A DNA stretch of 63,989 nucleotides, counting the filler, from Basidiobolus meristosporus CBS 931.73 (Eukaryota > Fungi > Basidiobolomycota): the NCBI GenBank assembly GCA_002104905.1. It is 3 parts of 3 records of this genome, joined end to end, with 100 filler letters (N's around TTAATTAATTAA, not from the genome) between each part and the next. Parts side by side here need not be neighbours in the genome. Positions count along the whole stretch, not along the records: positions 23,737 to 44,568 come from MCFE01000997.1; positions 44,669 to 63,989 come from MCFE01001034.1; 1 more part is not named here. One strand, written 5' to 3'. How positions within the stretch are numbered: position 1 is the stretch's first letter; each line of letters starts with the position of its first letter. The notes below the pieces were generated by a model that made no database searches, was not told the DNA's origin, and worked only from the letters and a program-made list of their open reading frames with translations. The position numbers and the translations under genes are program-made. Of this stretch, positions 38,096 through 47,849 are shown one piece after another.

Positions 38096-38455
38096 TCAAC
38101 AACGTTTACACAATGGTTGATTGTCATCCTCATTGGGAGTAAATGATGGCACATATGTTGGTGCAGATGGTTGGTACAATATCTGATCTACTTGCTGCAC
38201 TTGCTCATATTGATTCTGGTTGGAAAGTGCCTCAACGTTCTGTGCAGAATGAGTCTGAGCGTTGTCTAGTAATGGATAGTTGTCTGGGGACTCTAGCTGA
38301 TAGTATGTTGGTGTGTATGACATTAATGGCTCATTGTCGAAGTCCACTGGGATGCCCTGGTCTACTTGCTGGTTGTCATACGTTGCAATGGGTGATGCAT
38401 AAGACACGCCAAATAGGAATACTAAGGCGGATAGAATGCGGAAAGTGCGTTGCAT
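38096..38455 (-). CDS. Secreted-protein family 1 member; a possible extension past the TGA reaches 38057
   Basis: ATG 38455, signal MQRTFRILSALVFLFGVSYA, and the shared LLDN...DQILYQP motif. It ends CKRC-TGA, followed in frame by QCYCRHGYRGGF-TGA. Confidence 0.75.
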   Translation of the reverse strand: MQRTFRILSALVFLFGVSYASPIATYDNQQVDQGIPVDFDNEPLMSYTPTYYQLESPDNYPLLDNAQTHSAQNVEALSNQNQYEQVQQVDQILYQPSAPTYVPSFTPNEDDNQPLCKRC

Positions 38456-39699
38456 GTTGGCTCTGGATGACACACTGGAAGGTAAACAGTTGCTTTGCTA
38501 GATTCATCAGCAATCATCAGCAACCAAACCCAGTTTACTACATTATGAAGCAGAAGTGGGTAAAGTTAATCATTATTTCACTTATATTGCAATCATCGGT
38601 GAGTAAGAGTTGATAACACGGTACTTTACTACTAGTGCAGTGTAATACATTTCTTTTGTTTGAGAGTATCCCTTGGCTTCATGTCTTGCTTTGTATCTTT
38701 CAACTGTACCATCAACCTTGTACTTTGTCTTGAAAACTCATCAGCATTCAATCAGAGATAAAAGTTTGCATCCTATATCATTGAGATACATCTCACCAAA
38801 AGAATTATCACCAACCCAGGTGGGGGTCAAACCAGTGACTTTCTCCTCTGAAGGGAGACACTCTTTGTACTGAGCTACAGGGCCATACAATGATCAGTAA
38901 AATCAACATTACATACTGGTTAATTTGATATGACCAGTTTGAATTAAAAAGGGCTAATATGCAGACCTGTTTTACAGAAGACCCACTTGTGCACTTCAAA
39001 TTGAATTTACGTTGTAAAATACAATGAGCTATCTGTATGCTCAAATGTATCTCAGACTATCAAGCTGAAACAAATAAAGGTGGAAGTAAACAATTGAAAT
39101 TCATGTGCAAGAACTAGTTAAGGTTATATAGGAATGTCCAACTGTAGCCAGGTCCTTGGCAAGCTATAGGTATATTTAAGGAAAGTGCACTCTATATAGT
39201 AAAAGTTCACCTTGGGTGCCTTGACTCTATCTTTCGAACTCGCTTAAAATGAGCTACTCTAAGTATGATTATCAGGATTCCCAAACCCTACATATACAAA
39301 GTACCAAAACTGGCATGTTAGTAATCAAGTACGAAGGATCAGGCTCGTATTAAATTTTGTCTGCCTAAGCTTGTTAATTAAGCTGACTTCATCCATCAAT
39401 CTTTTTCCATTTTGATACCTTTCGACCTCGGTCCATCAGATTTAGTTAAAGTATCCGGAAGTTTTTATATGACGAGGAGAATTGAACAGCTGTGGAGAAA
39501 ATGAACAATACGTAAAGGAATGGATATATAAAAATATACAATAAAGTGAGTATTTACTACCTCTTCAATGATAGATTGAATTCGATGAAAGAGTCAAGAA
39601 ATGTTCTTTCGCTTAGTTCTCGCTACTAAATGCACAAAAGCCACAATTGACACAACGCATTAGGTGCAATATTCCGAGTAATTCAGATAATAGACTATC

Positions 39700-39761
39700 A
39701 AAAAAATGACCTCCGAAGAGGTGTCCACTCAAGATTTACGTGTCATCCTTGTGCAGGGGCC

Positions 39762-39792
<31 letters not shown>

Positions 39793-39823
39793 TTCAAGTG
39801 TCAGAGGTCCCGAAGGACTTGAC
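39700..39823 (-). ncRNA. U6: U6 spliceosomal snRNA (divergent 5' and 3' ends)
   Basis: The minus strand reads AATTGGAACGATACAGAGAAGATTAGCATGGCCCCTGCACAAGGATGACACG (ACAGAGA box, AGC triad, ISL). It has the 5' stem-loop GTCC-TTCG-GGAC and a T7 terminator. The 5' end may be 39823 or 39818. Confidence 0.97.
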
Positions 39824-39846
39824 ATATATGACAGCCCCATACACAC

Positions 39847-39852
39847 TTTATA
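39847..39852 (-). promoter_or_regulatory. TATA box of the U6 gene
   Basis: TATAAA begins 29 nt upstream of the G at 39823. Confidence 0.7.
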
Positions 39853-39937
39853 TTACGTTAATGTGTAAGCGTAATAAATTATGGGAAATTTGTAAATTTG
39901 CCCCAAACTACTTGATTAATACCAGGATGAAAAAATT

Positions 39938-39975
39938 TGCCTACTGCCAGGATTGAACTGGCGACCTTCTGGTAA
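39938..39975 (-). other. tRNA-like 3' half with an intact T-arm/B-box, followed by oligo-T
   Basis: ACCAGAAGGTC-GCCAG-TTCAATC-CTGGC-AGTAGGCA-AATTTTTT. No convincing A-box/D-arm 5' half upstream. Confidence 0.55.
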
Positions 39976-40667
39976 ATCTCAATCACATGTGGTATTTGTG
40001 TAAGCACCTAGAATCGCATCGGCCTACCAGGCAATTACAACACCAGATCTTGGATTTCAAAAAAAGTAGGTTAGGCAGTAATAAACAGTTAAAGCTCTAC
40101 TTGCTCCACTCGGACCAAAGAACATAAACCACCAGGGAGTTCGAAAATTTCTCAGCCAACCATCACTTCACCATAAGGCAACTCATAATACAGCCCGTAT
40201 TACGGCACCAATAAATCTCCGAGACGCCTTACTCGAAGGCTAGGCTTCAAGTGACTACGTTGATAATGCAGGTGACAGGCCTATCAAGTTGGATTTTTCA
40301 ATTTCCTGGAATACTTTGATGCAGAGTTGGTGGTCCACGATGGCAACCCGAACGAGGAATAATAGTTCTGGAATAACCATACAACGTAGTGAGGTACTAT
40401 TTACGTCATGGCAGTCAAACGTGGATTCGCTTGTGTCACCTTTCCCATTCTCACAAAGCGTTGTTTTACCATATTGACGGGTAAGTTTATTATTAGAAGG
40501 TGCACGGAATATAGCATCCAGACCAAAAGAGTATGTTTTGTCGGTGTGGGTGTATGTATGGTACAACATGAAAGATGAGATCGGATATGGATAGTAAGTT
40601 TACAATTAGATGCGGAATCATTAGCTAGTAGAGTATTCACAGATTTGTTACATGTGATGGCTTTGCA

Positions 40668-41777
40668 TCACTGAGCAAGGATAGTTTCGTAGGTAGGAAG
40701 TGGGACGTTTGCCCACTCCAGAGATTCGACCTCTGAGTTCGATGCCTCGACAAGTTGGTTCGTGAATGATTGTGGATAGGAAGGCAAATCTTCTTCAATT
40801 TCTGGCTCTGGCTGGATCACTACCAAACACCTCAGAGTGATGGAGTTCAACTTTCGGTGGCTCTCAAACAAGATTCTCACCTCCAATTTATGTCGAATCT
40901 GTATCAGCTCGTGATTGATGTCACATCGCACCCTGGTGTCATTGGGAATATGAACGCGAACCAGCTTATTTGCCGCCAGATTATCATGGGTCGTGCATGT
41001 CGATTTCAGTCCAATCCAACGCTTGGTGTTGGCTGCACCGTCCGCATTTCTACCGGAATAAGTGATGTCTTCTACCAGCGAAAACTCCAGTCCAAGGAAT
41101 TTGATGTCTTTGAGGTGTGGCCATAGATGGAATTCAACCGGCACTATCTCGCCAAGAGTTAATATCTTGCTAGGAAGTGCTACACTATAGTCCATCACTT
41201 TCGGCCAGGAATTTGCCAAGGTAACGGCGGAGTATACGTCAGACTCAAAATCATCGCACGTGCGGTAGATGGATAGGTCCTTTACTTGCTTCACCTTGCT
41301 AGAGAGCCCGGATTTCTTTAGCACGGCAACTAGTCTGTATCGAATATCAAGGAATGGACTGCACACTGTCTCGGGTAATTCAGAGCTCACATTGAAGCTG
41401 AAGTCAAACACATGTGACCCGGCACTGAGTGACTGAAGAGACGCTGGGGAACCGAGGAACATCCGTTTCTCCTTTACCAAGCAGCGTTGTCCTTGTAGCT
41501 TTAAAGATTTGACGCCAAAAGCTAAGAGAGACCGTTAGTCATATGTAGCATTACAATTGCCTCGACATAGAAAAGGGAAAATACCTTTCTCTTCTAAGTA
41601 CCCCTCAAGCTGTAGCGTTATGGAGGAAACTTTGAGGGCTTTCTTTAGATGAATCAAGACCTTCCCCTGTATGGTGGTCTCCACTGGATGTTCAACCTCG
41701 GAAACACGTGTGTAGGGAAGGAACACCCTATCATGTATGGGTTTTATCTCGATTTTGATGTTTCCAGTAATAGTCAT
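40668..41777 (-). CDS. Alpha-arrestin (arrestin-related trafficking adaptor), 2 exons: 41777-41585 and 41521-40668, 348 aa
   Basis: Arrestin N and C domain features (GKVLIHLKK..KVSSITLQLEG; H.F.FSF...LPET; IRHKLEVRI). A 63-nt GT-AG intron with an ACTAAC branch keeps the frame. C-terminal LPSY and LPTY PY-like motifs. Confidence 0.88.
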
Positions 41778-42199
41778 TTCAATGATTCTTTGAAGGCAGC
41801 TTCAGGGAGAAAGTTGAGCGGGAAACGTATTGCTTGAACGGTAAAGCCAAAGTTAATGTGGGAGAGAAGATACAACTAAATGTAGTAGCGCGGGATTTAT
41901 TCTCCTTATATGCTAAATTCACTTTAAACTCCACCCTCGATGAGGAGATATAAATATATGGGATCCATTGAATACTGCAGTCACTCGGAGGTGAATCACC
42001 TGATGTCTTACCTTCACCAAATATGGAATTGATATTGGGTACGATTCAGTTGCATACCACAACATGAAGATTTACTCACCCACATCGTACATATTAGCCT
42101 CATTGAATCGTTCATGTTGGCCTCATGGACCATATTCCCTGGGTGGTAAGATATTTCTCGGGATATACTTTACCCTCGATGCAGGTGCCTCCAGGTGAT

Positions 42200-42370
42200 T
42201 TTGTACAAAGACTGAGAAGTTCATTTGGCCGGGAAATGAATGGTAGAGTCAGTGCCCCTGTTGAAGAGGCTATCTAATAATAAAAGCGTACGATGGGATT
42301 GGAGCCAAAGACGTCTCTTCCAGGCCTGAGAATTATGATGTCAGCACCACATTTGGTCAACATGGCTTAA
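42200..42370 (+). mobile_element. Possible ancient Ty3/gypsy RT-RNase H linker relic
   Basis: A frameshifted reading NKSVRWDWSQRRLFQA/LRIMMSAPHL resembles the K..F.W...F..LK..L.SAP.L linker. The match is weak. Confidence 0.25.
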
Positions 42371-42887
42371 CACTATTTCCGTTGGTCTCAAAAGGCACTT
42401 CGCTGATTATGGTTTTCCCCTTGTGCAAGGTACTACAAACTGAGTTGCGTCATGAAGTCAGTTCGATATGATCCGTCACCGACCCATCCACCCCTAACCC
42501 TACACGCTTGGTGATTTCATCGTGCCCATTGGCCCATCAATCATCTGACAAAAGTGGGTGAAACATGTCTACCACCAAAGTTTTCTTGATCAAACAAGCG
42601 TGAACATGAGTGACTTGGGGTGGTACCCGCGCTGTAAATGAAGCCTCCATCAAGACTGGAGATCAGACATTCTGATACTTGCATCATCTAGTGTCATTTC
42701 GCCAAACCTGGATTTTCCAGAAAGCCCTTCTATTTTGGGTTAGGTTTCAATCCACGAGCTTGCTTAAGTTTACTCAGCTTTCCTCCCCAGTGGTTAGTTT
42801 GGACCAGGAGTTAGCCACGTTCCGGACATTGATATTCAACAAATTTTGCCAAATCCCCGCTGTCTGTTAACGACTATACCCAAACCG

Positions 42888-43329
42888 ATGCCATTTGTGA
42901 ATCGCCGACCAAGTTCGTATCCATTAGCGTCAATAATAAGAAAGCACCCGGTGGTTGCTTTTGGGGTTCCTTTCCTGACTATAATAGTCGGAAGCTCGTT
43001 TTTATTGACCCAAATGACTCAGACAAGATACGATTTTCATGATAATAAAGTCAACGCGGTAAGTGGGCATTGTGGTTCATCTCCTCACCGGTCAACAGAG
43101 ATACTCAATATCACCACCCCCACCAGATGAGTACCGAGGAGAAGCTGAAGTTGGACAAAAATCGGCGCAAATTCTCGCTCCAGGAAGAGTACTGGGTTTG
43201 TAGGGTTTATGATAGGTTGGTTTCAGTGCAGTGACTGATGGGCGGATTCTTTAGCGTCTACAACAAGAAGCCGACGAAGAGGAAGACTGGGACATTGTTC
43301 GAGTTGAGCGACCGGCCAATGCCGAGTAG
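42888..43329 (+). CDS. COX16: Cytochrome c oxidase assembly protein COX16 (exons 42888-43058, 43127-43195, 43255-43329; 104 aa)
   Basis: RKHPVVAFGVPFLTIIVGSSFLL...RY, then LQEEYW-RL...DW..VRVERP. Two phase-0 GT-AG introns. Confidence 0.92.
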
Positions 43330-43971
43330 TGTATTCACTCCAGTGTTTATTTGTACATGCCCTCTCAAGCACCCGTCACGTCTTGGGAAAGTATATAAGA
43401 AGTATTCGAACAATAAAAAACGAGCCGCATCTTTCGCAGCTCACAAAGTAAAGCAAGTACACCGCCTTCCCCAGCTCGGCCGAATCAGTGACAGTACGCC
43501 TCCACATCGCATCGAATTATCTCTTGTATATAGAGGGACTTTTCGCATGTTGCCAATGGTACGCTAAGAATCTATCTAGACTCCAGATGGATTCTTAATA
43601 TACCTGAACCTGATGCGAAATAAAATATATGATCAACGCCAACAATTTTCACTAAATAGATGAAATTGTAACGGATATGGAAATCCATGTATGTTTGTTC
43701 GCCGGGTATTCCCAAATCAAAGAAGCTGAACGCCAGATTTCCTTGAGGTAAGTTACAACCTTAACAAATAAACTGCGTTGGTGTGGAATATGAATGAATC
43801 GGCCCACCGCCCTACATATGGTACTGGCCTGAATTTCTTGGCTCACTTCGAAAGAGAATTTTCGCTGTGGATGTATATATATAGTAATATTGGTCGTGGA
43901 CAGGTGCAGACATATAAATGCCACCCGACGTGTTTTTTGCCGGCACTGCCTCTTCCTCTACCTAGACTAGA

Positions 43972-44568
43972 ATGTTATTCCAAGCTAGCGCTCTCCTATT
44001 CTTTGCCAGCGTCTCACAAATTGTGGCCCAAGTTCCTTTGGCTCCCATCAACGCCGCATGGACAAAGCAATACGATCTATCCCAAGTCCCTAATATCGCA
44101 ACCAAACCAGTTGGCACTGGTATTTGCGCCTCCACCAGCTGCGGCCCCGACGAGTGTGACAAGTGTTGGGAAAGCTGCGGAAACTGCCCTAGACAAGAGG
44201 ACGTATATGGATGCAAAAAGGGCGAATGGGCCTTATCTTTCGATGACGGTCCAGAAGAGAGCACCTCGGAGTTGCTCGACATCTTAGACGCTGCCAAGGT
44301 CAAAGTTACTCTTCTCATGATCGGCTCCCAGGTCGTCAAATTCCCTCAAATAGTCAAGAGAGCTTATGATGCAGGGCATTTGATTGCTCAACACACCTGG
44401 TCACATCCTCATTTGATGACTCTGTCCAACGAGCAAATTGTCGCGGAATTACGGGCAACGGAAGATGCTATCTTCAACGTTACCGGGGTCAAGACCGCCT
44501 ATATCCGCCCACCATTCGGCGAGGCTGACGATAGAGTGAAGGCCGTCTTCAAAGCCATGGGGTACCAT
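43972..44568 (+). CDS. Secreted chitin/polysaccharide deacetylase (CE4, NodB domain), 3'-truncated by the gap
   Basis: Signal peptide, Cys-rich N-terminal segment, and CE4 motifs SFDDGP, HTWSHP and RPPFG. Confidence 0.95.
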
Positions 44569-44668
44569 NNNNNNNNNNNNNNNNNNNNNNNNNNNNNNNN
44601 NNNNNNNNNNNNTTAATTAATTAANNNNNNNNNNNNNNNNNNNNNNNNNNNNNNNNNNNNNNNNNNNN
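44569..44668. other. Assembly gap
   Basis: N-run containing the TTAATTAATTAA linker. Confidence 1.
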
Positions 44669-44744
44669 GGCTGAGGTAGACAAATTGCCTTTCTCCGCAA
44701 ACTCATCCACCTTACTGGAGTGTAGCTCAACTGCCTGCACTTTC

Positions 44745-45095
44745 TGTTGTAAGAGTCCTTGGAGATATTGGAAGTGATTGGGAGAACAAGTAGATTATGT
44801 GGTTTTCACTTAATGATTTATTGAATGTAAAAGTAGTATTTATACTTTTACATGGTCTTGGCATTACAAACACGTAGAATAGGTTAAGGAAGGTCCCAAG
44901 AACATGTGTGCAAGGTTTGGGGCTGTTTGGACAACTTTGAGAATTTTCATGTTCTGGGTACCTGGTATTTTGGTGAAAATATTCTAAGTAAATCCCGACA
45001 AGGAATTTGGTCAGTATTCTCTAGGATTTGAAGATGATGATCTAAGTGACTAAGTTAGGTGAATATTTAGGTGGAAAATACAAATTTTTACAACA
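44745..45095 (-). mobile_element. Solo LTR, copia family A
   Basis: 351 bp, TGTTGTAA...TTACAACA, with 5-bp TSD CTTTC on both sides. Confidence 0.95.
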
Positions 45096-45099
45096 CTTT

Positions 45100-47840
45100 C
45101 AACTCTTGTGAAAACAGCTGTTTTGTTGCTGGTAATACTTCTTGACTATGATGGGATTCAGTCTATTCTGAGCCTGTGGAGTCAATTAGCAAGAGCTGCA
45201 GTTTGTATTGTATGCTTCCCTGTCTCAAGCTTAGGCAGACATTTTTCCCTTTACATTTTCCTTTATCACTGCTAGGTCTTTCACAGCTACTTTGTTTGAG
45301 TGCTTCTTGTAGTGAGCTACATTTTCTCTTTGATAAATTCTGCTCTGACACATCTGTTTTGGCTTGCTTGTCCCTTGCTGGTACTCTTCTGGCAACCTGA
45401 CATTTCTTTTCTGCTTGTTTTGAGCTCTCAGCTGTAGTTGTGATTGGCTCCTGAGAAAGCCACTGGTTTTTTTCACTGCCAGGTCCTTTATTGCTACTTT
45501 GACTGAGTGCTTCTTGAGTGGTACTATGCCTTTTCCTTAATAAATGTTGTGCTGGTGCATTTGTATCTGCCTGCTTGGCACTTATTGGCACTCTTCCAGC
45601 TGCCTGTCATACTTTTGACACTTGTTTGAAGCTTTTGGCCCTGCTTACAAAGGGCTCTTAAGGAAGCCACTAATTTTTAGCCATGGCACCCATGTTCTTC
45701 TGCCTTTGATAGTTTCTGCTATACTTAAGATACTTTCTTGGCATACCAATGCTGGCCTAAAATCCATTTGCCTATTTGAATCCAGGATAATGCTCATGGA
45801 ACAAGTCAGGAACATTCTGCTTAGCCTTAAGTTCATGATGGTCTCATGGTATGCCAGCCTTAAGGTGATGGTGTGCTAGACTTCTGACAGCCTCTTGAAT
45901 ATTAGCCCACTCTTCATTATTGCACTCAGTGGCTTCACAGATCTTCAGTGTCTTTTGATTTTTGAGCTTTGGTATGAACACTATATTTTCTCCCTCCCAT
46001 GCTGTGATAGGTTTCTCTGTGGGCTTTATCTTTGGGTACTGTTGTTGTGCTTCTAAGACTGTATGGTGCTCCACTGCTTTTACATTGGGAAATGGATCAA
46101 TTTTTGGCTGTGACGTTGTGCTACTTGAGCTTCTTCATTGCAGCAAAGATGCTGCTCTCTCTACCTGGAATACTGATTCCTCTACATGTATTATCTGCTC
46201 ATCCTGCTTCTGAACTATTACCTGATTTCTCTGGGCCATTGCATCCATCCTATCAGCCACTACACCTAATTGTTTTTTTTATGCTTTGGTATGAGCTGAT
46301 AACACACTTGCTTATATGGGTGGTAGTGATGTTATGACAGCCACTTGCTGGCCTTCAGCTGAAGGTACTGTGCTTGCTACATTCCCATCTGCCTGAGCAT
46401 AATGGTCAGGTGGCAGCTCCACAAAGTTTCACAATTACCTTCTTGACTTAGAGCCTGAGGAGTCCACATTATTACCTTCAGTGGGCACATGGTCAACATG
46501 GCCTTTTTTGGATGTAGCCCTGCTTGTTGCACTGAACGTCAAAGCAAGCTGTCATCCAACAGTACTTCTACTACCATTAGCAGTGGGGTTTGGTTGGGAA
46601 ACAGATAGCTTTGCTTTATACTTTGGTGGAATATATATCAAAGTGAGTCAAACAAAAGGGGAAATAGTGTTGCATTTATGTGAGTATGTGGTACCACAGC
46701 TTTATATGTAATGCTTACTATGCCAGGTCATCATTGAATTTTACATTCATGTAGATGCAATGTCTCAAATATAATGCAGTCTCAAACTCACATGAATATT
46801 GACAAAAAAGTAGTATTGTTGTGTACATTGTTGAATGTCAGGCTGTTGCCCCATAGACAAGTCTACTTTGATTCAACACTATAAGAAAAAAAAAGACCAT
46901 GTGGCTATTGTAGCAAGCCTCTCAGCCATGAAGCATGCAGACAGCATAGGAAGTATTATAGGGATTATGGCCAGTGTTTTCTCCCACAAGTCATATCTAA
47001 CCATTCACCAGCTACTATTGTACTAACAAAATCTTACCAGCTATTTGACACTCTATTATTGCACCAAGCTGTACTTGTCACCTTGCGCAAACTGAGTCAG
47101 GAGAGTTTGTGACACCTTTAAGCTCTCCCCAGCCTTCTGAATATGGCATGCAGGGTGATAGCTCTGAAGAAGCAGGGTCACTGATGGAATGTGAGCCTAT
47201 CTTCCATTACAACAGTACACTGCATGAGCCCAGCAAGATCCCATTATTCAATGCAACAACACCCATGGAAAAAAATGCCAAGAAGACTTCATGGAACAAG
47301 TGAGCCCAGTAATTTATCTTCTGGAGAATGATGTGATGCTGTGGCTAGAGAAGTGCCCTATGAAAAATAACTTGGTCCTGCAGGTAGATCCAATCTGAAT
47401 CAGCCATTAAGATCCCATCAGGAGACTGCAATAGTGCCAGCAGCTTGAAATCAATGACCATCTACACAATGTTGTGACATGATCACAACAGTGCTTTGCT
47501 AATTTCACCATCAAATAAAGTTGATAATATATGACAATGCTTGTACTGTGTCTTGCCAAGGGTAGCATGGCATTGTTGTGGTCTCAGTGCACTTTACAAC
47601 TATTTGAGTGAATCTAACTGGCCAGTACATCCAATTGCCTTATATGGCAAAAAAACTGACAGTGTTTTGATGACCTTGTTGCAAGCCTTCAATGGCATTA
47701 TCATGGCAGTATGGCAGCCTACAGTTGGTACAGCATGACACTATTGCACCAATCTACCAAATGCAATTTCCTTTTTCTACCTCCCCTTCTTCAGTTCATA
47801 GTCCCCCTTACAGGTGCAATATAGCTCATATTTGCGTCAA
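45100..47840. mobile_element. Decayed CACTA/Tnp2-like element, copy 1: accessory ORF on minus (about 45100-46700), transposase 5' part on plus (about 46840-47840)
   Basis: Reverse-complement homology of about 45900-47500 to about 53700-55270. The N-terminus PCGYCSKPLSH is shared with the 54318 copy. Confidence 0.7.
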
Positions 47841-47849
47841 TTTAGTTTT

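Noticed and set aside
39938-40070. Complete intron-containing tRNA-Thr(TGT) or tRNA-Sec
   Set aside because: The Thr fold needs a T7 run inside the gene, lacks an A-box and has a 1:72 mismatch. Sec is excluded by the 7/5 stem geometry and the absence of a TCA anticodon.
40059-40350. SRP RNA, RNase MRP/P or U12 identity for the upstream structured region
   Set aside because: Only isolated short motif resemblances, with wrong spacing and missing partner elements.
40255-40569. 104-aa minus-strand ORF with faint PLC C2-like PELLFLVR
   Set aside because: Too weak, no splice or context support, and it probably overlaps the arrestin 3' region.
43778-44339. Overlapping ORFs 43778..44287(+) and 43962..44339(-)
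   Set aside because: Alternative frames of the chitin deacetylase gene.
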